Assembly (NCBI GenBank): GCA_965242835.1
Contig: OZ251506.1
Coordinates: 5,172,401-5,236,400 of the forward strand
Direction of reading: 5' to 3'
Length of the DNA: 64,000 nucleotides
DNA from: Vicinamibacterales bacterium
GTDB lineage: Bacteria; Acidobacteriota; Vicinamibacteria; Vicinamibacterales; UBA8438
Shown here: positions 41,223-50,754 of the stretch, piece by piece
Layout of the letters: every line of letters starts with the position of its first letter
Position numbering within the stretch: the stretch's first letter is position 1
Position numbers and translations under genes: made by a program
The notes under the pieces: generated by a model
The model's input: the letters and a program-made list of their open reading frames with translations, nothing else
What the model was told of the DNA's origin: nothing
Database searches by the model: none

Positions 41223-42148
41223 CAGCGCTCGACCAGATAGGTAAAGACCGCCTGCAGATTGTCGTCCGGAGAGGTCACCCCGCCGATCGCCCCGGCCTCG
41301 CCGCCGGCCGCCAGCGCCGTCAGCCCGGTGTAGAAGGCGTCCGGACGGTCGGTCTGGGCGATCACGTCGGCCTCCTGCAAGCGCAGGGCGACGACGTGCG
41401 GCCAGTCCAGCAGATGGCGCGCGAGCCGGCGGGGATCGTCCGCCGTGATGCGCACGGTGTGCGGGTGTTCGTCGATCAGGTCGCGGATCTGGTGGACGTT
41501 CCCCTCGGCCAGGATCCGCCCGCCGTGCAGCAGCACGATGTTCGAGGTCAGCAGCTCGATCTCGTGCAGGACGTGGCTCGAGACGACGACGCCGCGGCCG
41601 TCGCGGCCCCACGCCCGGATCACGTCGATCATGCGGCGGCGTCCGAGCGGGTCGAGCCCGGCCAGCGGCTCGTCGAGCACCAGCAGCTCCGGATCGTGGG
41701 CGATCGCCTGCGCCAGCTTGATCCGCTGCCGCATGCCCTTGCTGTAGCCGCCGATCCTCCGGTCCGCGGCGGCCGACAGACCGACCGTGTCGAGCGCGCG
41801 TTCGGCGGCGCCGGCGGCCCGGGCGCCCTCGAACCCGCTCAGGCCGAGCAGCGCGGTGAGAAAGTCCCGCCCGGTCATCCGCTCGTAGAAGGCGTCGTGG
41901 TCCGGGCAGTAGCCGATGCGGCGGTAGGCCCCCGGATTGCCCCGGATCGGTTCCCCGAACACCCGCACCCGCCCCCGGTTCGGCTCGAGCTGGCCGGTGA
42001 CGAGCTTCAGCAGCGTCGACTTGCCGGCGCCGTTGGGTCCGAGCAGGCCGCTGATCCCCGGCGGGACGGCGACGGTGACGTCGTTGAGGCCGATCACCTG
42101 CCCGTACCACTTGGACACCCGGTCGACGGTGATCACCGGCGGGTTCAC
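41222..42148 (-). CDS. ABC transporter ATP-binding protein
   Basis: GPNGAGKST, YSKGMRQR, LVLDEP, SSH. Confidence 0.93.
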   Translation of the reverse strand: MNPPVITVDRVSKWYGQVIGLNDVTVAVPPGISGLLGPNGAGKSTLLKLVTGQLEPNRGRVRVFGEPIRGNPGAYRRIGYCPDHDAFYERMTGRDFLTALLGLSGFEGARAAGAAERALDTVGLSAAADRRIGGYSKGMRQRIKLAQAIAHDPELLVLDEPLAGLDPLGRRRMIDVIRAWGRDGRGVVVSSHVLHEIELLTSNIVLLHGGRILAEGNVHQIRDLIDEHPHTVRITADDPRRLARHLLDWPHVVALRLQEADVIAQTDRPDAFYTGLTALAAGGEAGAIGGVTSPDDNLQAVFTYLVER

Positions 42149-42984
42149 GCGACGACCTCCACGCCCCGCACCCGGCGCGCGAGCACCCAGGCGGACAGCG
42201 CGACGACCGCGGCGACGGCCGCCAGCGAGACGCCCCACGGCGTGTCGTAGCGCGGTTCGACGCCGAAGACGACGTCGCCCACCTGCGCCAGGCTGGCGCT
42301 GAACGACACCCACGACAGACCCGTCCCGCCGGTGACGCCGCGCAGCACCTGGAACACCGCCTCGGAGAAGATCACCGCGCCGGCGTAGAGCACGCCGACC
42401 GTGCGCGCGCTCGTGGAGAGGGACGACAGGGCGGTCACCGTGATCGAGGCCAGCAGCACCTGCAGGAACCCGAAGAGCGTGACGGCGGGAATCAGGAACG
42501 CATGCTCGCGCACGAACGACAGGCTGCCGGTGAACGCGGTCTGCAGCACCAGCAGCATCATCGCCGGGACCCAGGTCACGAACGCGAGGAACGCCATCAC
42601 CACGGCCAGCTTGCCGACGACGTACTCGGCGCGCGCAAGCGGCTTCGACAGGTAGATCTGCAGCGCGTTGGCCCGCCGGTCGTCGGCGACGATCCCGGCG
42701 CCGGCCCAGACCGCCACGACGAAGACGAAGAACCCCTGCAGGTCGAAGAAGTCCCGGAAGGCCGCCGGCGAGGGCGCGATCACCTCCGCTTGCGGCACGT
42801 GGGCCGCGAGGTAGAACAGGACCGCGCGGACGAAGAACGGCAGCCACGCGAACGCCAGGACGAGCAGGAAGAGGCGGGAGGAGAGCAGGCCGCGGACGCC
42901 CGTCCCCGCGATGACCGCCCAGGCCCGGCCGGGCGGCGTCCGGCGCCCTTCGTAGCGCGCGTACCCGTGATCGTGGATGGGCAT
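42145..42984 (-). CDS. ABC-2 type transporter permease
   Basis: MPIHDHGY start, DDRRANALQIYLSKPL..EYVVGK, multiple TMs. Confidence 0.88.
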   Translation of the reverse strand: MPIHDHGYARYEGRRTPPGRAWAVIAGTGVRGLLSSRLFLLVLAFAWLPFFVRAVLFYLAAHVPQAEVIAPSPAAFRDFFDLQGFFVFVVAVWAGAGIVADDRRANALQIYLSKPLARAEYVVGKLAVVMAFLAFVTWVPAMMLLVLQTAFTGSLSFVREHAFLIPAVTLFGFLQVLLASITVTALSSLSTSARTVGVLYAGAVIFSEAVFQVLRGVTGGTGLSWVSFSASLAQVGDVVFGVEPRYDTPWGVSLAAVAAVVALSAWVLARRVRGVEVVA

Positions 42985-43955
42985 CAGGACCCGCCGATCG
43001 CCCGGGCGAAGACGTCCTCCAGGGTCGGCACGCTCGGGCGCAGGTGGCGCACCTGCACGTCGTGCCGCAGCGCCAGGGCGAACAGGTCCCGCGCCCCGCG
43101 GTCCTCGCCGATCAGCACGCGCATGACCTCCTCGTCCGCGTGCTGGCACTCGACGCCCGCCTCCCGCAGGCCGGCGACGAAGCGCGGCACGTCCCCCTTG
43201 ACGCGGATCTCGAAGGCGCGGCGGTTCTTCCCCTTCAGCTCGGCGATCGGCCCCCGGGCGACGACGCGCCCCCGGTGCAGGACCACCACGCGCTCGCACG
43301 TCGCCTCGACGTCCGGCAGCACGTGCGACGACAGGATCACGTTGACCCCCTTGCGCCCGGCGAGGTCGCGGACGAGGGCCAGCATCTCGCCGCGGCCCCG
43401 CGGGTCCATGCCGTTGGTCGGCTCGTCGAGGAACAGCAGGTCGGGATCGTGGACGAGCGCCTGGGCCAGCTTGATGCGCTGCTTCATGCCGGCCGAATAC
43501 GTGTCGACCGCGCGGTAGCGCGCCTCGCCGAGCCCGACGTACTGCAGCACCGCGTGGGCGCGCTGCATGGCGTCGGGGGCCGGCAGGCCGGCGAGACGGC
43601 CGCAATAGGCGACGAAGGAGACCGCGTTGAAGCCCGGGACGTGCGCGTCGGACTCCGGCATGTAGCCCAGCCGCGCCCGGATCTCCAGCGGCTGCTCGAC
43701 CACGTCGAGGCCCAGCACCTGCATCCGGCCGCCGTCCGGCCGCACGAACCCGAGCAGCGCCTTCAGCAGGGTGCTCTTGCCGGCCCCGTTGGGGCCGAGC
43801 AGCCCGACCGCGCCGGGCGGGAAATCCGCGTCGACGGACTCCAGGGCGCGCCGGCTCCCGTAGGCGACGGTGACCGCCTCGAGCCGCGCCACCGGGGGGG
43901 CGTCCCCCCCGCGGCCCGCGGCCCGCGTCGCCGGTTCCCGCGTCGTCGCGTCCAC
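42984..43955 (-). CDS. ABC transporter ATP-binding protein
   Basis: GPNGAGKST, YSAGMKQR, FLDEPT, SSH. Start uncertain. Confidence 0.9.
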   Translation of the reverse strand: MDATTREPATRAAGRGGDAPPVARLEAVTVAYGSRRALESVDADFPPGAVGLLGPNGAGKSTLLKALLGFVRPDGGRMQVLGLDVVEQPLEIRARLGYMPESDAHVPGFNAVSFVAYCGRLAGLPAPDAMQRAHAVLQYVGLGEARYRAVDTYSAGMKQRIKLAQALVHDPDLLFLDEPTNGMDPRGRGEMLALVRDLAGRKGVNVILSSHVLPDVEATCERVVVLHRGRVVARGPIAELKGKNRRAFEIRVKGDVPRFVAGLREAGVECQHADEEVMRVLIGEDRGARDLFALALRHDVQVRHLRPSVPTLEDVFARAIGGS

Positions 43956-43965
43956 GTCGAACGGA

Positions 43966-44469
43966 CTATACGACACCGCGCCGACGTTGTTCGCCGCCGC
44001 GCTCCACGAGAAGAGCTTCGAGTTCCGCAAGCGCCTCGAGGTCCTTCGCCCGCCCGGCGGCGCGCTTCACGCGGATCAGTCCCGGCAGGTCCAGACAGCG
44101 GCACGGGAGCCCGAACAGCTCCACGTCCACGCCGTGGGGCAGGAGCGCGCGGTAGTCTCCGCCGCCGGTGATTTCGCCCAGCAGGTCGACGTCGCCGACG
44201 GCGGTCGTCAGCGTGAAGTTGAGGCCCCGCTCGACGGTGGCCGCGCTCCACTCGAACGGCAGGCCGGGCGGGGCGCCCCGCGGATACGGGGAATGGGGCC
44301 GCAAGGCGGCGACGAGGCGCTCGACGTTCGCGCGGTTCCTCGCGTAGACGAAGTCCACGTCCTGGGTGAGGCGCGCCGACCCGTGAATCGTCGCCGCGAG
44401 ACCGCCGACGATCACGCACTCGATGCCCGCGCCGCTGAAGATCCGGATGACCTGCTCGAAGTCGGTCAT
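43966..44469 (-). CDS. Nucleotidyltransferase (Pol-beta superfamily), putative TA toxin
   Basis: IVGGLAATIHGSARLTQDVD (GG..A..HG..R.T.D.D), VDLL, K.AAGRAKDL. Confidence 0.82.
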   Translation of the reverse strand: MTDFEQVIRIFSGAGIECVIVGGLAATIHGSARLTQDVDFVYARNRANVERLVAALRPHSPYPRGAPPGLPFEWSAATVERGLNFTLTTAVGDVDLLGEITGGGDYRALLPHGVDVELFGLPCRCLDLPGLIRVKRAAGRAKDLEALAELEALLVERGGEQRRRGVV

Positions 44470-44837
44470 CGATCCCGCTCCCGGGCCCGCCCCGCCCGCC
44501 GCGCCTCGGCCGCGAGTTTCTGCAAGGCGATCAGGTTCGCAACCCGTTCGGTCACCGACCGCCGCAGGTTCTGGCGCAACAGGGTCCGGTCGACGTGGCG
44601 CTTGTACGCTTCGACCACCGGATCCGGTTCGAACTCCGTTTCCCGCGGCGCCGCCCGGCTTCCCGGAGCGGACGCCGGCGGCCCGCCGCCATGCGCGGCG
44701 GCGCCCGCCTGCACGGGACGCAAGCCATCTTCGGCGCCGACGGACGCCGGCGACGGCCCGCCGCCATGCGCGGCGGCGCCTGCCGTTCCCCCCGATCGCC
44801 GAACGTTCCCGGCGGGCCTGGTCCGCATGCCGGACAC
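44466..44837 (-). CDS. Small partner protein of the NTase (putative antitoxin)
   Basis: DPVVEAYKRHVDRTLLRQNLRRSVTER. ATGA overlap with the NTase. N-terminus inflated by a duplication, so the start is uncertain. Confidence 0.65.
   Translation of the reverse strand: MSGMRTRPAGNVRRSGGTAGAAAHGGGPSPASVGAEDGLRPVQAGAAAHGGGPPASAPGSRAAPRETEFEPDPVVEAYKRHVDRTLLRQNLRRSVTERVANLIALQKLAAEARRAGRARERDR
44669..44784. repeat. 41/44-bp direct repeat pair with 31-bp spacer (period 72/75), in frame
   Basis: cggacgccggcg(acg)gcccgccgccatgcgcggcggcgcc(c/t)gcc. Encodes AGAAAHGGGP twice. Internal stem CCGCCGC/GCGGCGG. Confidence 0.9.
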
Positions 44838-44846
44838 GTGAAGAGG

Positions 44847-46028
44847 CTACGAAAGCGTCACGGCGACGTCCCGCGTGTCGCCGTCCCGCAGGAACGTGAC
44901 GGTGACCTGGTCGCCCGGACGGTAGCGGTCGAGGACCGCGCGCAGCTCGCCCTGCGACGTGACCGGCTCGCCGTCGATGGCCTGGATGACGTCGCCGACC
45001 CGCGTGACCTGCCGCCCGTCGCTCGACACCTCGGTGCCGCGCAGCCCCGCGTCCTCGGCGCCGGACCCCGGGGCCACGCCGACCACCAGCACGCCCGCCG
45101 TGCGCAGGCGGCCGAGCACGAAGCGGCTCAGATAACCGCGCCCGTCCATCGTGACCCCGAGGCGCGGCGGCGTGTACCCGCCGGTCTCGATGATCTGCGG
45201 CACCACCCGGCGCACCGTGTTGATCGGCACGGCGAAGCCGACGCCGGCCGACGCGCCGGACGGACTGGCGATCTGCGTGTTGACCCCGATCAGGCGGCCG
45301 GCGCTGTCGAGCAGCGGCCCGCCGGAGTTGCCGGTGTTGATCGCCGCGTCGGTCTGGATCACGTCCTCTATCGGCGTGCCGTCGAGCCCTTCGATGCGCC
45401 GCCCGAGGGCCGAGACGATGCCCGTGGTGAGCGTCGCGCTCAGACCGAAGGGGTTGCCGATGGCGTACACGCTCTGCCCCACCCGCAAGGCGCCGCTGTC
45501 GCCGACGGTGACGGGGCGGAGCGCGGACGACGGGGCGTCTATGCGGAGCACGGCCAGGTCGTGCGACGCCGAGCCCCCCACCAGCTCCGCCTCGTAGGCG
45601 CTCTGGTCGGACGTGACCACCTCGATGCCGCTCCGGCCGCGGACGGCGATGACGTGGGCGTTGGTGATCACGTGCCCCTCGTCGTCCCAGACGAACCCGG
45701 TGCCCGTCCCCCGCGGCACTTCTCCCAGGGGCCGCCCGAACCAGTCGGCGCGCTGCGCCAGCGTGGTGATGTACACGACGGAAGGACTGGTCCGCTCGAA
45801 CAGTTCGACCGCCGCCCGCTCGTCCGGGCGCAGGTCGGCCGGGATCGGAGGCAGCGCCCGGGGCGGCTGCCCCGCGGAGGGCAGCGGCGCGGCGACGCGA
45901 TGCGTCGGCGGCGGGCGGAGCGCGTCGGGCGCGCAGGCGGCGAAGGCGGCCGCCGCCAGGGCGCCGAGCAGCGCCGCCGGCCGCGGGCCGACCCGGCCGG
46001 TGCGCAGGGGGCGTCGCGGGTTCTCCAT
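44847..46028 (-). CDS. HtrA/DegP-like S1C serine protease with PDZ domain, probable lipoprotein
   Basis: Catalytic triad motifs TNAHV, DLAVL and GNSGGPL. Lipobox-like AFAAC. Confidence 0.93.
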   Translation of the reverse strand: MENPRRPLRTGRVGPRPAALLGALAAAAFAACAPDALRPPPTHRVAAPLPSAGQPPRALPPIPADLRPDERAAVELFERTSPSVVYITTLAQRADWFGRPLGEVPRGTGTGFVWDDEGHVITNAHVIAVRGRSGIEVVTSDQSAYEAELVGGSASHDLAVLRIDAPSSALRPVTVGDSGALRVGQSVYAIGNPFGLSATLTTGIVSALGRRIEGLDGTPIEDVIQTDAAINTGNSGGPLLDSAGRLIGVNTQIASPSGASAGVGFAVPINTVRRVVPQIIETGGYTPPRLGVTMDGRGYLSRFVLGRLRTAGVLVVGVAPGSGAEDAGLRGTEVSSDGRQVTRVGDVIQAIDGEPVTSQGELRAVLDRYRPGDQVTVTFLRDGDTRDVAVTLS

Positions 46029-46055
46029 GATGCGGGTTCCTTGCTCCTGCCGTCC

Positions 46056-46967
46056 TCAAATGAGGGTCAACTGCCCGCTGCGCAGCCAGCCGACCCTGCC
46101 GTCCTCCAGCACGATCTCGACCCACTCGTCGCTGCGCCGCTCCACCCGCACCCGGGCGCCCTCGTGCACGGTGAAGATCAGCAGTTCTTCGTCGTCCGCC
46201 GGCGCGCTGCGCACCGGGGCCTCCGCGGCCATGATAACCGCCTCGTCGGTCCGGCCCGCCTCGAGTTCGCGCGCCGCGAGGCCGAGACCGAACACCAGCG
46301 TCACCCCCCCGGCCGCCGCCGCGGCGCGGCGGGACCAGACCGCGAGGACGTCCCGCCGCGCGAGGACGACCCCGATCAGGGCCGCTACGGCCGTCAGCCA
46401 GGCCGTCGTGACGACCGTCAGCAGCAGGGGGCGCGGCAGCAGGTCGACCCACCAGCGGGCCACGCGGAAGAGCCAGAACCCGGGCCGCGGCGTCACCTGG
46501 TCCACCGTCAGCGAACGCGCCAGCGCCAGGTTCGCGAGCAGGTCGCCGTCGCGGGGCATGATCCGCCGCGCCCGCTCGTAGTGCAGGATCGCCGGCCCGA
46601 GCTCGCCCAGCCGGAACCAGGCGTTGCCCAGGTTGTAGTGCAGCTCGCCGCTCTCGAGGCCGCTCGCCAGGATGCGTTCGTACATCTCGACGGCGCCCGC
46701 GAAATCGCCCTCCTGATAAAGCCGGTTCCCCTCGTCGAAGAACGCCTCCTGCGCGGCGGCGGGCGCGGGGGGCGGCGCGGCGGCGAGCAGCAGCGCCGCG
46801 AACGCCCCGCGGAACCGGCCCATGACCGCGGCGCATCTCCCCGGCGCGGGGACCGGAACGGGCGGGACACGACGGCCGCCGCGGAACCGGCTCACGACCG
46901 CAACGCCTTCCCCGGAAGGACCGCAACGGGAAGCGTCCGGATCCGGCCGGCGCCGCCACCGCCTCAT
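46056..46967 (-). CDS. batE: BatE-like TPR + SH3 domain protein
   Basis: FDEGNRLYQEGDF..A, HYNLGNAWFR, HEGARVRV...W.EI.L.DGRVGW. Alternative in-frame starts at 46895 and 46823. Confidence 0.8.
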   Translation of the reverse strand: MRRWRRRPDPDASRCGPSGEGVAVVSRFRGGRRVPPVPVPAPGRCAAVMGRFRGAFAALLLAAAPPPAPAAAQEAFFDEGNRLYQEGDFAGAVEMYERILASGLESGELHYNLGNAWFRLGELGPAILHYERARRIMPRDGDLLANLALARSLTVDQVTPRPGFWLFRVARWWVDLLPRPLLLTVVTTAWLTAVAALIGVVLARRDVLAVWSRRAAAAAGGVTLVFGLGLAARELEAGRTDEAVIMAAEAPVRSAPADDEELLIFTVHEGARVRVERRSDEWVEIVLEDGRVGWLRSGQLTLI

Positions 46968-46988
46968 GACCGCAACGCCTCCCCCAGG
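46807..46988. repeat. Triplicated batD-stop/batE-start junction (~37-bp repeats, period exactly 72)
   Basis: Copies at 46807-46844, 46879-46915 and 46953-46988, each with a SD-like tract plus GCGGTC-(A/G)TG. Starts at 46967, 46895 and 46823. Confidence 0.88.
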
Positions 46989-48865
46989 GCGACCATCACC
47001 CGTTCGGCTTCGTCGAGGAGCGGATCCGTCTCCGCGTCGCCGCCGGCGGCGGCCGCCGGCGGCGCGAAACGGCGGCGGTCGCACTGGGCGAGACACGCCA
47101 GACAGCGCTCGATCACGCCGGCTTCGACGCCGCGCGCGGCGAGCGCCCGGCGGACGTCGTCGCGCACCAGCCCGGCCTCGGCCACGTTCAGCGAGTCGCC
47201 GAGGAAACCCAGCAGGGCCTGGCTGATCGCCGCCGCGCACGCCTGGCGCTGCTCCGGGGCGCGCAGCTTCCGCGCCTGCGCGAGACGCGAGCGCGCGAGA
47301 CGCGAGGCGCGGCGGCGGCGGGCCCAGGCCACGTTCCCCGCCAGGCGCTCGCGGTGGCGGCGCAGCGCGAGCGCCCCGGCCAGCCCGAGGACCGGGACCA
47401 GCAGCACCGTCCAGAAGGCGGCGCCGTGCGCCAGCCGGCGGCCGGCCGGCGCGAACCCCGAGGTCGCGAGACGGATGAACCGGATGTCCCGGCGCGCGGC
47501 CGCCGCCCGCGGGCCGCCCGCGCCGCCCGCGACGGCGCCGGCCACCGCGGCGGCGCCGCTCACCACCACGGTGACCGGGTCCGAGGCGGCGACGGCGTAC
47601 CGTCCGCCGGCGGCGTCGAAGTAGGCCAGCTCGACGGCCGGAACGGTGTGCGATCCGGGCGCGCGCGGAACCAGGACGTACTCGTAGCGCCGGACGCCGC
47701 GCACGCCCTCCGCGCCGGCCTCGAGATCGTCGCTCACCTCCGGCGGATAGACGTCGAAGTCCGCCGGAAAGGCGACCTCCGGTTCGGGCAGCGCGCGCAG
47801 GTTGCTCGACCCGCGCACGTCGAGACGGAAGGTGAGCGCCTCGTTCGCCGCCGCCGCGGCCGTGTCGAGCGAGGCCGTGACGTCCAGGGCGCCGACCAGG
47901 CCGGTGAAGGCGTCCGGGCGGCCCGCGGCCGGCAGGGGGCGCGCTTCGATCTCGATCGGCGCGGATTCGGCGGGGACCCCCACCGTGCCTCCGAACAGCC
48001 CCCCGCCGAAGGGAGAGCCGAGGCCGAACGGATCGCGGAACGAGCGCAGCCGCACCTGCGCCTCGATCGCGAGCGGCTCGATGGTCCGCGGCCCGGCGCC
48101 GGTCGGATAGAGCGCCGCCCGGCGGACGACGGTGGTCACGTACCGCGCGCCGCCGCGCTCGACCCGCTCGACCCGCGGAGCGCGCGCGTCGGCGATCTCC
48201 TCGACCCAGAAGCCCTCTGCGCCCGGCGCCCGGACGATGCCGTAGGACTCGACGTCCACGCGCGTGAACAGGCGGTACTCCACCAACACGGGCTGGTTCA
48301 CCCACGGCTCGCGCGTGCTCACCGACGCCTCGACGAACAGGTCCTCGGGACCGACGTCCGGCGCGCGCGTCAGGTCCGGCCCGCGCCCCCGGGGCGCGGC
48401 GGCGGGCGGCGTGACGTGGAGCGCGAGGGGCTCGGTGGCGTACTCCTCCCCGTCGACCCGTACGTGGACCGGGCCGATCTCGTGGGTCCCTTCCGTCACC
48501 GCCCGGAAGGTGTAGTGGTAGGCGAACGAGGTCGACGAGCGGCCGTTGACGAACTGCATCGAGCGGCGGGAACCGGCGCGAAGGTAGGCGGCGAAGCCGG
48601 ACAGATCGGGCAGGCGGGGATCCTCGTCCGCGCCCCCGGAGCCCGACACCTCGACGGTCAGGTTGAACTCCCGGCCCACCGGCACGGCGTCGCGGTCCAG
48701 GAAGGCGCGGACCGCCGCGTCCTGCGCCGCCGCGGAAGCGGACACGCCGAGGAACAGCAGCACGAGCGCGCTTTTTCCCGCCACGCCGCGGGAAGCGCGC
48801 AAACGGCAGGGTGCGCCGAGGAGAAACAACAGCACGAGCGCGCTTCTTCTCGCCACGGGGTTCAC
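46964..48865 (-). CDS. batD: BatD family protein
   Basis: Signal peptide, BatD Ig-like repeats, C-terminal TM, position in the bat operon. Confidence 0.85.
   Translation of the reverse strand: MNPVARRSALVLLFLLGAPCRLRASRGVAGKSALVLLFLGVSASAAAQDAAVRAFLDRDAVPVGREFNLTVEVSGSGGADEDPRLPDLSGFAAYLRAGSRRSMQFVNGRSSTSFAYHYTFRAVTEGTHEIGPVHVRVDGEEYATEPLALHVTPPAAAPRGRGPDLTRAPDVGPEDLFVEASVSTREPWVNQPVLVEYRLFTRVDVESYGIVRAPGAEGFWVEEIADARAPRVERVERGGARYVTTVVRRAALYPTGAGPRTIEPLAIEAQVRLRSFRDPFGLGSPFGGGLFGGTVGVPAESAPIEIEARPLPAAGRPDAFTGLVGALDVTASLDTAAAAANEALTFRLDVRGSSNLRALPEPEVAFPADFDVYPPEVSDDLEAGAEGVRGVRRYEYVLVPRAPGSHTVPAVELAYFDAAGGRYAVAASDPVTVVVSGAAAVAGAVAGGAGGPRAAAARRDIRFIRLATSGFAPAGRRLAHGAAFWTVLLVPVLGLAGALALRRHRERLAGNVAWARRRRASRLARSRLAQARKLRAPEQRQACAAAISQALLGFLGDSLNVAEAGLVRDDVRRALAARGVEAGVIERCLACLAQCDRRRFAPPAAAAGGDAETDPLLDEAERVMVALGEALRS
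48745..48857. repeat. In-frame duplication of the BatD signal peptide (period 69/72)
   Basis: VARRSALVLLFLLG / VAGKSALVLLFLG. DNA copies at 48745-48785 and 48814-48857. Confidence 0.88.
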
Positions 48866-49683
48866 CAGGGCCGCCGCGCAGGCCGCCCGGGGTCGGCGGA
48901 GCGGCGCTGCCGCCGGATCTCGCCCGGGTCCTCCGAAATCGCCTGCAACAGCCGCTCCGCCTCCTCGCGGCTCATCTCTCCCGGCCGCGGCTGCGCCTCC
49001 GCCTCGCCGTTCGGCGGCTCGGCAGGCGCTTCCTCCGGCTGCCGCCCGTCCTCCTGCTCCCGATCCTCCTGCTCCTCCGGTTCCTGCCCCTGCCGGTCTT
49101 CCGGGCCCTCCTCCTCCGGCCGCTCTCCGGACGGTTGCGGCTCCGGCCGCTCTCCGGGCGACGGCTCCGGCTCGTCCTCGCCGGCTTCCCGCCGGTTCCG
49201 CTCCTGCCCGGAATCCGGATCGGACCCGTCGGACCGCTGCTGACGTTCCTGCTGCCGCAACCGTTCGAGGGCCACTTCCAGGTTGTGCTTCGCGTCGGTG
49301 TCGCCGGGGTTGCGGCGCAGCGCCTGCTTGTAGGCTTCGAGCGCGTCCGCCACCTGCCGCCGCCGGTAGAGGGCGTTCCCCAGGTTGTACCAGGCCCGCG
49401 CCTCCAGGACGGGGTCCGCCGCCTCGAGCGCGCCGCGGTAGGCGTCGACGGCGCGCTCGAACTCTTCGGTCTGGTACAGCGCGTTGGCGTCGTTGAAGCG
49501 GATCACCGGCGAGTCGGGGGCGGCGCGCAGCGCCTCCAGGTACTTCCGGTGCGCCTCGTCGTAACGGCCCTCGCGGTACAGCCGGTTCCCCTCCTGCACG
49601 TCGCTCCGCCCGGGCTGCGCCGCCGCCGGCGGCGCAACGGCGACGACGGCCGCCGTCACCGCGGCCCCCAGGGACACCCGCAT
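48862..49683 (-). CDS. batC: BatC-like TPR protein
   Basis: EGNRLY, AWYNLGNALY, YKQALRRNP..DAKHNLE, acidic low-complexity tail, MSREEAERLL. Confidence 0.82.
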   Translation of the reverse strand: MRVSLGAAVTAAVVAVAPPAAAQPGRSDVQEGNRLYREGRYDEAHRKYLEALRAAPDSPVIRFNDANALYQTEEFERAVDAYRGALEAADPVLEARAWYNLGNALYRRRQVADALEAYKQALRRNPGDTDAKHNLEVALERLRQQERQQRSDGSDPDSGQERNRREAGEDEPEPSPGERPEPQPSGERPEEEGPEDRQGQEPEEQEDREQEDGRQPEEAPAEPPNGEAEAQPRPGEMSREEAERLLQAISEDPGEIRRQRRSADPGRPARRPW

Positions 49684-50717
49684 CAGCGCAACCTCCCGAC
49701 CCAGGCGTCCGCGGCCCGGCGGCGCTCCGGGGTCAGCGCCTCGGCGGCCAGCAGCAACAGCGCCAGACCGAGAAAGATCTGGTACTGCTCCTCGTAGCGG
49801 GTCACCTGGCGCGACTCGATCTCCTCTCCCTCGCCGCCGGTCAGCTCCTCGACGAGCCGGTCGAAGGCCGCCCCGGACCCGGCGGCGGCGTGGTAGTAGG
49901 CGCCGCCGGTCCGCTCCGCCACCCGCCGCAACGTGGCCTCGTCGAGGCGCGTCGTGACCACGGCGCCGTCCTCGTCCCGCAGGAAGCCGTCCGGGGCGCC
50001 GGTCTCGTCGAAGCGCGGAATCGGCACCCCCGCGGCCGATCCCATCCCCACCGCGTGGACGCGCACGCCCAGCTCCACCGCCCGCTCGACGGCCGCGTCG
50101 AGCGTTCCTTCGTGATCTTCTCCGTCGGTGATGACGACGAGCTGCCGGCCGCGTCCTCCCACTTCGCCGAATCCGTCGAGCGCCACTTCGACGGCCCGGC
50201 CGAGATCCGTTCCCGGCGCCGGGACCAGATCCGGCTCCATGGCGTTGAGGAAGAGCGCGGCCGCCGCGTAGTCCAGGGTCAGCGGACTCTGCACGAACGC
50301 CTCGCCGGCGAACGCCACGAGCCCGATCCGGTCGCCGTCGAGCCGCCGGATCAGCCGGCCGACGGCGAGCCGGGCCGCGGCCAGGCGGCTGGGCGCGACG
50401 TCCTCGGCCTCCATCGACGCCGACAGGTCCAGCGCCACCACCACGTCCTGCCCCACGCGCCGCACGGTCTCGACGCGGCCGCCGAACCGCGGGCGGGCGA
50501 ACGCGGTCACCAGCAGCGCGACGGCCGCGAGCAGCAGCGCCGCGCGCGCCGTCCGGCCGCGGCGGCTGACCTCCCCGGTGAGCCGGTCGACCCGCCCGCG
50601 CTCCCCGAAACGGTCCAGGGCGCGGCGCCGCCGCACGGCGGCCCACCACTCCAGGGCCGCCAGCGCCGGCAGCAGCAGGTACCCGTAGAGCAGGCTCTCG
50701 ACGCCGAAGCGGAACAT
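49683..50717 (-). CDS. batB: BatB-like VWA domain protein
   Basis: ARPRFG, LDLSASM, PLTLD, ITDGEDH. Confidence 0.88.
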   Translation of the reverse strand: MFRFGVESLLYGYLLLPALAALEWWAAVRRRRALDRFGERGRVDRLTGEVSRRGRTARAALLLAAVALLVTAFARPRFGGRVETVRRVGQDVVVALDLSASMEAEDVAPSRLAAARLAVGRLIRRLDGDRIGLVAFAGEAFVQSPLTLDYAAAALFLNAMEPDLVPAPGTDLGRAVEVALDGFGEVGGRGRQLVVITDGEDHEGTLDAAVERAVELGVRVHAVGMGSAAGVPIPRFDETGAPDGFLRDEDGAVVTTRLDEATLRRVAERTGGAYYHAAAGSGAAFDRLVEELTGGEGEEIESRQVTRYEEQYQIFLGLALLLLAAEALTPERRRAADAWVGRLR

Positions 50718-50754
50718 CAGCCGGACACTTCCCCTCTCGCGGACCCGCGGACCG

